From positions 11,173 through 75,172 of the forward strand of contig CAXTRK010000011.1 in NCBI GenBank assembly GCA_964246745.1: a DNA stretch of 64,000 nucleotides. Reading direction: 5' to 3'. This DNA is from an uncultured Acetobacteraceae bacterium (lineage in GTDB: Bacteria; Pseudomonadota; Alphaproteobacteria; Acetobacterales; Acetobacteraceae). Of the stretch, positions 18,554 through 28,030 are shown piece after piece. The translations under genes and the position numbers were made by a program. A model generated the notes under the pieces. It worked only from the letters and a program-made list of their open reading frames with translations. It was not told the DNA's origin and searched no databases. Numbering within the stretch: position 1 is the first letter of the stretch; each line of letters begins with the position of its first letter.

Positions 18554-20725
18554 ATGACAGAGATGACACAACGAGCCGGGCTCGCGGTCGCGCCGGAACT
18601 GGCGCGGTTTATCGAGGAACGGGCGCTCCCTGGCCTGGATCTGCCGGCTCACTCGTTCTGGTCCGGCATGGCCGGCATCTATGCGCGTTTCACCGAGGAG
18701 AACCGCGCCCTGCTCGCGCATCGTGACACGTTGCAGGAGCGGTTCGATGCCTGGCACGCCGCCCACCCTCGCCAGCCGTTCGACGCCGCCGCCTATCGCG
18801 GCTTCCTCGCGGAAATCGGCTATCTCGCGGACGAGCCGGCGCCGTTCAGTGTCACCTCCGCAAACGTCGACGACGAGGTCGCCACCCGTGCCGGCCCGCA
18901 GCTCGTGGTGCCGGTGCTGAACGCGCGTTTCCTGCTCAACGCCGCGAACGCGCGGTGGGGCAGCCTCTACGACGCGCTCTACGGCACGGACGCGATCGCC
19001 GGCACGCCAGCCGGCCCCGGCTATGATCCCGCCCGCGGCGCCCAGGTCATCGCCCGCGCGCGCGCCTTTCTCGACGATGCCGTGCCGCTCGCCCGGGGCT
19101 CGCACGCGGACGCGGACGGCTACACCGTCGAAGACGGAGCACTCGTGCCGGCACTCGCCGATCCCGCCGCCTTCGTCGGCTATCGCGGCGACGCGCACGC
19201 TCCGAGCGCGATCCTGCTGGCGCATCACGGGCTGCATATCGAGTTGGTGCTTGACCGCTCGCACCCGATTGGCCGCGACGATCAAGCCGGGCTCGCTGAT
19301 ATCGTGCTGGAATCGGCGCTGACCACGATCGTCGATTTCGAGGATAGCGTCGCCGCGGTCGACGCCGAGGACAAGGTCGAGGCCTACGGCAACTGGCTCG
19401 GGCTGATGCAAGGCGACCTCACGGCGCGGTTCGAGAAAGGCGGCCGCGAGATGACCCGGACGCTCGAACCGGACCGCGCCTATACCGCGCCAGACGGCGG
19501 CGTCCTCATTTTGCCCGGCCGCGCGCTGCTGTTCGTCCGCAATGTCGGCCACCATATGACGACGCCCGCCGTGCGGCTCGCGGACGGCACGGAAGCGCCG
19601 GAAGGCATCCTCGACGCCATCGTCACCAGCCTGATCGCGATGCACGACCTTCGCCGTCAAGGCCGCCACGGCAACAGCCGCACCGGCTCGATCTATATCG
19701 TCAAGCCCAAGATGCACGGACCGGACGAGGTCGGCTTCACCGATCGTCTGTTCGACGCCGTCGAGGACATGCTGGGCCTCGCCCGGAACACGCTCAAGGT
19801 TGGCGTGATGGATGAGGAGCGGCGCACCTCGGCCAATCTCGCCGCCTGCATCGCCCAAGTCCGCAACCGTATCGTCTTCATCAACACCGGCTTTCTGGAT
19901 CGCACCGGCGACGAGATTCACACTGGCATGCATGCGGGTCCGGTGGTGCCGAAGGCGGAGATGAAATCGAGCGACTGGATCGCCGCCTACGAGGACCGCA
20001 ACGTGCAGATCGGCCTTGCCTGCGGCCTGTCCGGACGGGCGCAGATCGGCAAGGGCATGTGGGCGGCCCCGGACCGCATGGCCGACATGATCGAGCAGAA
20101 GATCGCCCACCCGAAGAGCGGCGCCACCACCGCCTGGGTGCCAAGCCCTACCGCGGCCACCCTGCACGCGACGCATTACCATGCGGTTGACGTGTTCGAG
20201 AGGCAGCGGGCGCGTATGGCCGAGCCGGTCGCAAGCCTCGACAAGCTGCTCAGCCTGCCTTTGGCGGAAGGGCGGAATTGGACGCCGGAACAGGTCCGAC
20301 GCGAGCTGGAAAACAACGCGCAAGGCATTCTCGGCTACGTCGTGCGGTGGGTTGATCAGGGCGTTGGCTGCTCCAAGGTCCCGGACATTCACGACATCGC
20401 CTTGATGGAGGACCGCGCGACGCTGCGGATTTCCTCGCAGCACATGGCCAACTGGCTGCGTCACGGCGTCGCCTCCGCAGATGAGGCGGACGCGGCGCTG
20501 CGCCGTATGGCGGTCAAGGTCGACGCGCAGAACGCAGGCGATCCGTTGTATCGGCCGATGGCCGGCCACGAACAGACCAGCCTTGCCTTCCAGGCCGCCC
20601 GCGCGCTGGTGTTCGAGGGTGCCGATCAACCGAATGGCTACACCGAGCCGCTGCTGCATCGTTTCCGGGCGCAAGTGAAAGCAAGCAAGATTGGGGCTCC
20701 GCCCCAAGCCCCGGTAAAGGCTTAG
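18554..20725 (+). CDS. glcB: Malate synthase G
   Basis: [42 protein letters not shown] and [12 protein letters not shown]. Confidence 0.95.
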   Translation: MTEMTQRAGLAVAPELARFIEERALPGLDLPAHSFWSGMAGIYARFTEENRALLAHRDTLQERFDAWHAAHPRQPFDAAAYRGFLAEIGYLADEPAPFSVTSANVDDEVATRAGPQLVVPVLNARFLLNAANARWGSLYDALYGTDAIAGTPAGPGYDPARGAQVIARARAFLDDAVPLARGSHADADGYTVEDGALVPALADPAAFVGYRGDAHAPSAILLAHHGLHIELVLDRSHPIGRDDQAGLADIVLESALTTIVDFEDSVAAVDAEDKVEAYGNWLGLMQGDLTARFEKGGREMTRTLEPDRAYTAPDGGVLILPGRALLFVRNVGHHMTTPAVRLADGTEAPEGILDAIVTSLIAMHDLRRQGRHGNSRTGSIYIVKPKMHGPDEVGFTDRLFDAVEDMLGLARNTLKVGVMDEERRTSANLAACIAQVRNRIVFINTGFLDRTGDEIHTGMHAGPVVPKAEMKSSDWIAAYEDRNVQIGLACGLSGRAQIGKGMWAAPDRMADMIEQKIAHPKSGATTAWVPSPTAATLHATHYHAVDVFERQRARMAEPVASLDKLLSLPLAEGRNWTPEQVRRELENNAQGILGYVVRWVDQGVGCSKVPDIHDIALMEDRATLRISSQHMANWLRHGVASADEADAALRRMAVKVDAQNAGDPLYRPMAGHEQTSLAFQAARALVFEGADQPNGYTEPLLHRFRAQVKASKIGAPPQAPVKA

Positions 20726-20737
20726 CCTCTGCAAACC
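20693..20737. repeat. Short GC-rich palindromic element inside the last codons of glcB
   Basis: GGGGC-TCC-GCCCC hairpin followed by AGGC-TTA-GCCT hairpin, at the edge of an AT-richer segment. Confidence 0.35.
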
Positions 20738-20863
20738 TCTTGAGTTTTACAACTACTTGATTGGTACATAGCAAAGCCGGCATCAGCGACGCAAAACCAT
20801 TTCCGTTTGGAAAACTCGCTTATTCTTGAGCTTCGGCAAAAGCCAATCCACGACCGACTAGGA

Positions 20864-21139
20864 ATGGCCGATCACCTTTATCACTACACAAATCAGAATG
20901 GGCGAATCGGTATTTGCGGAAGGCTGGAGGTCATGCGACCGCAGTCGAATGCGGCGGTGGCTTTCTTGCGCTGGACGGATGGCAGCGAGAACGGCAGCAG
21001 AGTATCTTCGATCATGGCGGATGTGGCAGAGTCCGATATAGCGGAAGTTGGCGTCGACACCCACACTTTCTGTGTTCAATCAGACCCTTGCGCTACATCC
21101 GCCAGCAAATTCTGCCATGCGCTGAATAAGACGGGCTAG
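20864..21139 (+). pseudogene. Possible remnant of a DUF2971-like protein
   Basis: Starts MADHLYHYTNQNGRIGI (LYHYT-x4-GI pattern) and then loses recognisable similarity; visibly AT-richer than the flanks. Confidence 0.3.
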
Positions 21140-21438
21140 TCGCTTCCCATGATGGTTTCATAGTCGCGCCCGCCTGTGAAAATGCGGAGAACGCGTAGCT
21201 TGTCAGGGGGCAGTTCATAAACGACCACGACGCGCCGCCATAGGGTTAAGACACGAACGCCAGGCCGCAAATCCGAGCGGTCGATACCGATCATGGGGGT
21301 TTGACACAGGCTGCGGCATGCCTGCTGAATTTCCTCTATGTAGGACAATGCACGGCGCGGATTATCGGCGGCGATGAAGTCGAAAACATCGTTGATGTCG
21401 TCTTCGGCTTGAGGCGCAAAAACAAGGCTGCGCGTCAC
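21136..21438 (-). CDS. parE: Type II toxin, RelE/ParE family
   Basis: FAPQAEDDINDVFDFIAADNPRRA..PMIG..RSDLRPGVR; GTGA overlap with the antitoxin. Confidence 0.85.
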   Translation of the reverse strand: MTRSLVFAPQAEDDINDVFDFIAADNPRRALSYIEEIQQACRSLCQTPMIGIDRSDLRPGVRVLTLWRRVVVVYELPPDKLRVLRIFTGGRDYETIMGSD

Positions 21439-21710
21439 TGTTGCCTGCTTTTCTCGGCCTCCTGAAACCGCTCCTGGATCCGCCGCCGTAGTTCGCCATC
21501 GGTGATGGATTGTGGATCGTCCGCCGCCTCGTTGATTTTGGCGCGGATAGCGTCAAGCCGCTGTTCCCGTTCGCTGCGCCGGTCCTGCCAGAGCCGCATG
21601 GCCTCGCGGATCACTTCGCTGTTCGAGGAATAGGCCCCGGTCTCCACCTGACGGCGAATCATCTGCGCCATGTCGGCGGGCAAGGTGATACTCAGTTTTT
21701 CGGCGTTCAT
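21435..21710 (-). CDS. parD: Type II antitoxin, ParD/CC2985 ribbon-helix-helix family
   Basis: KLSITLP..VETGAYSSNSEVIREAMRLWQ; ATG 21710 after AGGAG. Confidence 0.85.
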   Translation of the reverse strand: MNAEKLSITLPADMAQMIRRQVETGAYSSNSEVIREAMRLWQDRRSEREQRLDAIRAKINEAADDPQSITDGELRRRIQERFQEAEKSRQQ

Positions 21711-21719
21711 GCGGTGCTC

Positions 21720-21752
21720 CTGGTAGGATAAAGTAGCATATAATCCGACCAG
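21720..21752. promoter_or_regulatory. Inverted repeat upstream of parD, probable autoregulatory operator
   Basis: CTGGTAGGAT-N13-ATCCGACCAG (9/10 match) around an AT-rich spacer. Confidence 0.55.
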
Positions 21753-21826
21753 TTGTCTGCCGTCTGTTGGCTTGGCGTCCCTCGTCAAGCCCCTTGTCTC
21801 CCCTTGAACCTTGTTCCTTAGAAGCT

Positions 21827-22834
21827 TCAACCAGGTCTTGTTGCGCCAGTCGTGTTGACATGCAGCGAGTAGATCGACGTGCTCGCCGCCATGAACAGGC
21901 GGTGGCCCTTGCTGCCGCCGAAACAGAGGTTCGCACAGCCCTCGGGCAGGTGGATCTTGCCGATCAGGTGGCCTTCTGGCGTGTAGCAACGCACCCCGTC
22001 CTCGGCGGGGTCGGACCAGCCCATGCTGCACCAGACATTGCCGTCGGCATCGACGCGCAGCCCGTCGGTGAAACCCGGCGCGAAATCCTCGGCGAACACG
22101 CGGCCGCCGCTCAACGCGCCGTCTTTCACGTCAAAGACGCGGATATGCGCCGGGCCGCCATGGGTGATGCCGCTATCGACAATGTAGAGACGGCTTTCGT
22201 CGGGTGAGAAGGCGAGGCCGTTGGGTCGTGTGAAATCGTCCGCCACCGCCACAGCCCGGCCCGTCGCTGGATCGAGACGATAGACATGGGTCGGCAGTTC
22301 CGCCTCCGCCATGTGCCCCTCATAGGGTCCGTCGATGCCGTAGCCGGGGTCGGTGAACCAGATCGCGCCGTCGGAGGCCACCACCACGTCATTGGGGGCG
22401 TTCAGCCGCTTGCCCTGGAAGCTGTCGATCAGCACGGTGAGCCTTCCGTCCGGCTCGGTGCGGGTGACGCGCCGCGTATCATGTTCGCAGGTGATCAGCC
22501 GGCCCTCTCGGTCGCGCGTGTTGCCGTTGGCGTAGTGGCTTGGCGAGCGAAACACGCTGACATGGCCGTCCTCTTCCAGCCAGCGCAGCATTCGGTTGTT
22601 CGGGATGTCGCTCCACAACAGATAGCCGCCCGCGGGAAAATAGACCGGCCCCTCGGCCCAGCGGAACCCGGTGGCGATCCGTTCGATCGCGGCATTGCCT
22701 TGCCGGGCTGCAAAACGACGATCGAGCGACTCGATACGCGGGTCGGGATAGCGCGTACCGTCGAGATGACCGAGCGCCAGCGATGCCGACCGCCCGAAGC
22801 CGTGTTCGCCTCCAGAGACACCATGATGGTTCAT
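21827..22834 (-). CDS. SMP-30/gluconolactonase family protein
   Basis: RYPDP, WAEGPVY, SDIPNNR, LNAPNDVVV, PNGLAFSPD and DGLRVD. Confidence 0.88.
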   Translation of the reverse strand: MNHHGVSGGEHGFGRSASLALGHLDGTRYPDPRIESLDRRFAARQGNAAIERIATGFRWAEGPVYFPAGGYLLWSDIPNNRMLRWLEEDGHVSVFRSPSHYANGNTRDREGRLITCEHDTRRVTRTEPDGRLTVLIDSFQGKRLNAPNDVVVASDGAIWFTDPGYGIDGPYEGHMAEAELPTHVYRLDPATGRAVAVADDFTRPNGLAFSPDESRLYIVDSGITHGGPAHIRVFDVKDGALSGGRVFAEDFAPGFTDGLRVDADGNVWCSMGWSDPAEDGVRCYTPEGHLIGKIHLPEGCANLCFGGSKGHRLFMAASTSIYSLHVNTTGATRPG

Positions 22835-22999
22835 GCCCGCTCTCCACCGCACCCGTTTGACTATTCCACGACGCCGGCCGTCCGACGCGCGACGCCCCGC
22901 GCGGCGATACGATGTTCAAGGCGGTGGCCGCTGTCCAGTTGGTCATCTCTTGCCGGATTTGGTGGAAAGCGGAACCGCTGGCGCGGATCGACCGATCAT

Positions 23000-23023
23000 G
23001 ATATACGAAGCGCTTAGTATATC
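23000..23023. promoter_or_regulatory. Near-perfect 24-bp palindrome upstream of vapB, probable operator
   Basis: GATATAC-G-AAGCGCTT-A-GTATATC, one mismatched pair, 14 nt before ATG 23038. Confidence 0.6.
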
Positions 23024-23037
23024 CAGGGGCAGGCGCG

Positions 23038-23280
23038 ATGCAGGTCGGAAAATGGGGCAACAGCCTGGCCGTGCGTCTGCCCGCCGCCGTGGTCGATGCC
23101 CTGCAGCTCCGGGAAGGCGACGAAGTGCAGGTCGAGGTCGCCGACCCGCGCACCTTCCGCGTGGGCCGCGACACCACCCGCGACGACGCCCTGGATGTGT
23201 TGCGCGCGCTCGGCTGGCGGCTGCCGCCGGGCTTCCGCTTCTCCCGCGACGAGGCGAACGAGCGCGGCGTCGGGGCGTGA
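23038..23280 (+). CDS. vapB: AbrB/MazE-fold antitoxin (VapB-like)
   Basis: MQVGKWGNSLAVRLPAAVVDALQLREGDEV. Confidence 0.88.
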   Translation: MQVGKWGNSLAVRLPAAVVDALQLREGDEVQVEVADPRTFRVGRDTTRDDALDVLRALGWRLPPGFRFSRDEANERGVGA

Positions 23281-23684
23281 GCCCGCCGTTCCTCGACACC
23301 AACGTGCTGATCTACGCCGCCTTGCGGCCGGACCCGCGTTCGGACGCGGCGCGAGCCCTGCTGCGCGGCGGCGGGGTGATCAGCGTGCAGGTGCTCAACG
23401 AGTTCGCCAACGCCGCTCGCCGCAAGCTGCGCCGCACCTGGCCGGAGGTCCAGCGAGCCCTGGCTGCCGTCCGCGCGCTCTGCCCGATGCCACAGCCGAT
23501 CACCGCGGCGACGCACGAGGCCGCATTCGCCATCGCGGAGCATACCGGCTACGCCATCTTCGACGCCCTGATCCTGGCTTCGGCGATCGAGGCGGGCTGC
23601 GATACCGTCTGCTCCGAGGACATGCAGGACGGCCGGATCATCGACGGGCGTCTGACGATCCACAACCCGTTCCGGTTAGGGTAA
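23277..23684 (+). CDS. vapC: PIN-domain toxin (VapC-like)
   Basis: FLDTNVLIYA, VLNEF, FDALILASA and SEDMQDG acidic residues; GTG start overlaps the vapB stop (GTGA). Confidence 0.88.
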   Translation: MSPPFLDTNVLIYAALRPDPRSDAARALLRGGGVISVQVLNEFANAARRKLRRTWPEVQRALAAVRALCPMPQPITAATHEAAFAIAEHTGYAIFDALILASAIEAGCDTVCSEDMQDGRIIDGRLTIHNPFRLG

Positions 23685-23765
23685 TCGCCGCTTGGCGCGG
23701 TTTGTGTTCATCATAAATACTTGCCGAGCGCATTGGGCGCAGGCGGATCGAGAGGAAAGCCTCAG

Positions 23766-23987
23766 ATGAGCGACGCCGCCGCAGACATGCCGGCGCTCGA
23801 CATTCGCGAGCAGATCGTGCGGATTGATCGGGCGATTGCCGAGACGCAAAAGTTCCTCGCAGAGACGGGCAAGCCCCAGCGGGAGCGTGGCCTCGCACCG
23901 TTCATCGCGGGTGCTACACTCGTTGGCGGCGCAGGCGGTGCCTTCGCCGGGATCATGGCGCTGCTTCGGGCCACGGGGCACGGATGA
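23766..23987 (+). CDS. Small hypothetical protein, coiled-coil plus C-terminal hydrophobic helix
   Basis: LDIREQIVRIDRAIAETQKF heptad pattern, then FIAGATLVGGAGGAFAGIMALL; GAGGA SD; ATGA overlap with the next gene. Confidence 0.65.
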   Translation: MSDAAADMPALDIREQIVRIDRAIAETQKFLAETGKPQRERGLAPFIAGATLVGGAGGAFAGIMALLRATGHG

Positions 23988-24193
23988 GTCCCGATCGCTT
24001 CCGCGATTGTCTTGCAGCACTGCGCTGGTCGCAGCGCGGGTTGGCCGAGGTGCTGGAAACCCACGAGAGGACGGTCCGCCGCTGGGCAACCGGAGACGTC
24101 ATCATACCGTCCAACGTGGCGCAGTGGCTTGAGGATCTGGCCGACGCGCATCTCGCGCGCCCACTGCCCTCTGGATGGCGCAAAGCCGCCTAG
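23984..24193 (+). CDS. Small XRE-like helix-turn-helix protein
   Basis: LAALRWSQRGLAEVLETHERTVRRWATG HTH pattern. Confidence 0.7.
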   Translation: MSPDRFRDCLAALRWSQRGLAEVLETHERTVRRWATGDVIIPSNVAQWLEDLADAHLARPLPSGWRKAA

Positions 24194-24231
24194 CTAGACC
24201 GCCATTCGCAGCAATGGGTGGGGAAATAAAC

Positions 24232-25002
24232 ATGGACACGAACCCGCCGGGGCGCGGACGCATGCGGGGCAAGGCGGTCGTGGTGACCGGTGCCGGGAAC
24301 GGCATCGGACGGGCGACAGCGCTGCGCTTCGCGGCCGAAGGCGCACGCCTGGTCATCAACGATGTCGACGCCGCCCGCCTGGACGAGCTCAGCGCGTTCA
24401 TTTCGAAGTCCGGCTCTGAAGTGCGCGGCGTTGTCGGCGACGTGTCCAAGGTGGACGACGCACGCGCGATGATCCGCGCCTCCGTCGAGGCGTTCGGCCG
24501 CATCGACGTGCTGGTCGCCAATGCCGGAATTATCCCCGAGCTTGACCTGCTCACCGCCACCGCCGAGGATTTCGATCACGTCATGGCGGTTGACGGCAAG
24601 GGCATGTTCCTGACCTGCAAGTTCGCTGTCGAGGCAATGCTGGAGAGAGGCGGTGGCGGCGCGATCGTCTGTCTCTCCTCGATCTCCGGCGAGGCCGGCC
24701 AGAAGGGACAGGCGGTCTATGGGCCGGCCAAGTTTGTGGCGTCCGGCATCACCAAGCATCTGGCCGTCGAGCTCGCCGCGCGCGGCATACGCGTCAACGC
24801 CGTAGCCCCCGGCACCATCGCCACCGAGGCGGTGAGCAGGATGTCGGAGGCGTATGTCTCCGCCATCAAGGCCATGCATCCGATGGGCCGCCTGGGGCAG
24901 CCTGACGAGGTTGCGCGGGCAATCCTGTTTCTCGCGTCCGACGAGGCCTCCTTCATCACCGGTGTCGTCCTGCCCGTGGATGGCGGGTATTTGGCCCAGT
25001 AG
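24232..25002 (+). CDS. SDR family oxidoreductase
   Basis: TGAGNGIG, ANAG, YGPAK and NAVAPG. Confidence 0.9.
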   Translation: MDTNPPGRGRMRGKAVVVTGAGNGIGRATALRFAAEGARLVINDVDAARLDELSAFISKSGSEVRGVVGDVSKVDDARAMIRASVEAFGRIDVLVANAGIIPELDLLTATAEDFDHVMAVDGKGMFLTCKFAVEAMLERGGGGAIVCLSSISGEAGQKGQAVYGPAKFVASGITKHLAVELAARGIRVNAVAPGTIATEAVSRMSEAYVSAIKAMHPMGRLGQPDEVARAILFLASDEASFITGVVLPVDGGYLAQ

Positions 25003-25065
25003 CGGACCCTGGAGCGGAGCGAGCTTCGCATCTGGCGAAGGCCAGCCATCCACGCTAGTCACGCC

Positions 25066-27210
25066 TTGTCATCCACCGACAAGGTCCGCCCGATGCCTTC
25101 CGCACAGCACCTTCTTCAATCGCGGCGCCTGCTGCTCTCGTCGGCCGCGACCTGCCTGGCTGTTCTGCTGGCATCACGCGCCGCGCATGCCGACCAGGGC
25201 ATGTGGACAATGAACAACCTGCCTGTGAAGGCAATGCAGCAGCGTTACGGCTTCACGCCGTCCACGCAATGGATACAACAGGTGACGCAAGCCTCGGCAC
25301 GGCTCACGCTCGGCTGCTCGGCCTCGTTCGTGTCCGCGGACGGGCTGGTGATGACCAATCATCACTGCGCCAACGAGTGCCTGTCGCAGCTCTCCTCGGG
25401 CCACCACGACTACATGGAGGCGGGATTTTCCGCGGGAGAGGCGAGCCACGAGCCGCAATGCCCGGCGATGGAGCTGGACCGCCTCGACAGCATCGCGGAC
25501 GTGACATCGGCGATGAACCAGGCCACCGCCGGCAAGTCAGGTCACGACTATATCGCAGCCCAGCGGGCGGCCGAGACCGGCATCGAGAAACACTGCGTCG
25601 GCGGTGACGCCAAGACCTGGCGCTGTGACGTGGTCAGCCTGTATCACGGCGGACGCACCAACCTTTACCGCTACCGACGCTACCAGGATGTGCGGCTGGT
25701 ATTCGCGCCGCAACAGAGCATCGCCTTCTTCGGCGGGGATCCCGACAACTTCAATTTCCCCCGTTACGATCTCGACGTGACCTTCCTACGCGCCTACGAC
25801 GCCGGCCACCCGGCGCATACGCAGTACTTTCCATTCTCCCCGTCCGGCCCAAAGGCGGGCGAACTGGTCTTTACCTCCGGCAATCCCGGCTCGACCGACC
25901 GCGAGGCGACGGTTGCGCAACTGCAATTGCTGCGCAGCCTGATGCTGCCCGCGAACCGAGTCTATTATGCCGATCTTGACGGCGTGCTCTGGGAATATAG
26001 CCGCTTCGGGGCCGCTCAGAAGCAGAATGCCGGCGATCTGCTGTTCGATGTCGAGAACACCGCCAAGGCGCTGAGCGGCTGGCAAGAGGCGCTCGTCAAT
26101 CAGACCATGATCGCGGACAAGCAGCGGCAGGAGGATCAGATGCGCGCCTGGATCAAGGGCGCGCCCGCTCGGCGGAAGCAGTTCGGCGATCCTTGGGCAA
26201 AGCTGGCGCCGGTGCTGGCCACCGAGCGACGGCTCTGGCTGCGCTATGCCATGATCGAGAACGGCCGGCGCGATCCGCTCGGTTTGCAAGGCGACCTGTT
26301 CCGTTACGCCAAGACCCTGGTCCGCGCCGCCGCCGAGCGCGCCAAGCCGGACGCGCAACGTCTGCCGGAGTTCCAGCAATCGAAGCTGCCGGCGATCGAG
26401 GCGGAGCTCTCCGCCTCGGCGCCGGTGCATCCGGAGCTGGAACAGACCGAGCTGGCTTTCTCGCTGACCAAGATGCGCCAGGCGCTGGGCGTCGACGATG
26501 CCGCGGTGCAGGCCGTGCTCGGCACGCAGTCGCCCTCCGAAGTCGCCAACCATGCGGTGAGCTTCACCCAACTCGCCGACCCGAAGGTCCGCATGGCGCT
26601 CTGGAACGGCGGCACGGCAGCGATTGCCGCCTCGAAGGACCCGATGATCGCCCTCGCGCGCGGCGTCGAACCCATCGCGCTCGCGCTCCGTGACGAATGG
26701 GACAACCAGGTACTCGCGCCGGAGCAGCAGGTCACCGAGGATATCGCCCGCGCGCGCTTCGCCCGCTTCGGCACCAGCATCTATCCGGACGCCACCTTCA
26801 CCCAGCGCGTCTCCTTCGGCACCGTCAAGGGCTGGGACCAGAACGGCACGCAGGTCGCCCCCTTCACCCATTTCGCCGGTCTCTACAAGCGCGCCACCGG
26901 CAACCCGCCGTTTGAGCTTCCGAACGACTGGCTGGCGGCGAAATCGCGGCTTGATCTCGGCACTCCGTTCGACTTCAGCACCACCAACGACATTATCGGC
27001 GGCAACTCTGGCAGCCCGGTGATCGATGCGCAGGCGCATGTCGTCGGCCTGATCTTCGACGGCAACATCCACTCGCTCGGCGGCAACTTCTTCTATGACC
27101 CCAAGCTGAACCGGGCGGTCGCGGTCGATACCGCCGCCCTGCTGGCAGCCTTGCGCGTGGTCTATGGCGACCAGCGGCTCGCCAGCGAACTCGTGAGCGG
27201 TCATCTCTGA
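25066..27210 (+). CDS. S46 family dipeptidyl peptidase with signal peptide (start may be 25093)
   Basis: ADQGMW, CSASFVSADGLVMTNHHC, DNFNFPR and TNDIIGGNSGSPV. Confidence 0.9.
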   Translation: MSSTDKVRPMPSAQHLLQSRRLLLSSAATCLAVLLASRAAHADQGMWTMNNLPVKAMQQRYGFTPSTQWIQQVTQASARLTLGCSASFVSADGLVMTNHHCANECLSQLSSGHHDYMEAGFSAGEASHEPQCPAMELDRLDSIADVTSAMNQATAGKSGHDYIAAQRAAETGIEKHCVGGDAKTWRCDVVSLYHGGRTNLYRYRRYQDVRLVFAPQQSIAFFGGDPDNFNFPRYDLDVTFLRAYDAGHPAHTQYFPFSPSGPKAGELVFTSGNPGSTDREATVAQLQLLRSLMLPANRVYYADLDGVLWEYSRFGAAQKQNAGDLLFDVENTAKALSGWQEALVNQTMIADKQRQEDQMRAWIKGAPARRKQFGDPWAKLAPVLATERRLWLRYAMIENGRRDPLGLQGDLFRYAKTLVRAAAERAKPDAQRLPEFQQSKLPAIEAELSASAPVHPELEQTELAFSLTKMRQALGVDDAAVQAVLGTQSPSEVANHAVSFTQLADPKVRMALWNGGTAAIAASKDPMIALARGVEPIALALRDEWDNQVLAPEQQVTEDIARARFARFGTSIYPDATFTQRVSFGTVKGWDQNGTQVAPFTHFAGLYKRATGNPPFELPNDWLAAKSRLDLGTPFDFSTTNDIIGGNSGSPVIDAQAHVVGLIFDGNIHSLGGNFFYDPKLNRAVAVDTAALLAALRVVYGDQRLASELVSGHL

Positions 27211-27220
27211 GCGGTCATCT
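27194..27220. repeat. 13-bp tandem direct repeat duplicating the S46 gene 3' end
   Basis: TGAGCGGTCATCT at 27194-27206 and 27208-27220. Confidence 0.8.
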
Positions 27221-27253
27221 TTAAGCGGGGGGCCGCCACCACCCTCTTCGACG

Positions 27254-28030
27254 GTGACGGCTTCGGCGCCGCGCGCACGGCTGCCGACCGCGATCGCGCG
27301 TGATCTCGGCATCGCCATCGTCGCAGGCTCGCTGCGGCCCGGCGACACGCTCTCGGGCGAGATCGACTCCAGCGCCAAGCTCTCGGTGTCCCGCACCGCC
27401 TACCGCGAGGCGGTTCGCATCCTCGCCGCCAAGGGCTTGGTGGAGAGCCGTACCCGCACCGGCACGCGTGTCAGCCCACGAGCGCGCTGGAACATCCTCG
27501 ATGCCGAGGTGCTCGGCTGGTTCATGCAGACACGGCCCACGCCCGACTTCGTCCATGACCTTTTCGAGCTGCGTCTGATGGTCGAACCGGCGGCCGCCGC
27601 CCTGGCCGCGGAGCGGCGCACGGAGGCGCAGCTCGAGGCGATGCGCTCGGCGCTGGCGACAATGGCGCGCGCGAGCCTGTCCAGCGAGACCGGCCGCGCC
27701 GCCGACCGCGCCTTTCATGACGCCATCCTTGCCGCCACGCAGAACGAGGCGGTGGCGGCGCTGTCGAGCAGCGTGGGTGCCGCGATCCGCTGGACCACCT
27801 TGTTCAAGCATCGCGTGCAGACAGCGCCGCGCGATCCGATGGCGGAACATCTGAGTGTGCTCGACGCGATCGCCGCGCGCGACGCTGAGCGGGCGCGCGC
27901 ACGGATGGCGGAGCTGGTCCGCCTGGCGCTCGTCGACATGCAGGAGTCGCTGCAAGCGGGGGCCGCGAACTTGAACCCGGAACGCGGCTGCGTCATAACC
28001 GGGGCGATGGTTGACTTGTCGGACAAGTGA
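27254..28030 (+). CDS. dgoR: FadR/GntR regulator (DgoR-like)
   Basis: wHTH VSRTAYREAVRILAAKGLVESR; FCD domain ADRAFHDAIL; first gene of the dgo cluster. Confidence 0.8.
   Translation: MTASAPRARLPTAIARDLGIAIVAGSLRPGDTLSGEIDSSAKLSVSRTAYREAVRILAAKGLVESRTRTGTRVSPRARWNILDAEVLGWFMQTRPTPDFVHDLFELRLMVEPAAAALAAERRTEAQLEAMRSALATMARASLSSETGRAADRAFHDAILAATQNEAVAALSSSVGAAIRWTTLFKHRVQTAPRDPMAEHLSVLDAIAARDAERARARMAELVRLALVDMQESLQAGAANLNPERGCVITGAMVDLSDK

Noticed and set aside
18521-20734. 737-aa minus-strand ORF
   Set aside because: Lies directly opposite glcB; no recognisable domain
25786-27396. 536-aa minus-strand ORF (and similar long antisense ORFs at 32982-34613, 50622-52076 and 54833-56266)
   Set aside because: Each overlaps well-supported genes on the other strand and shows low-information composition
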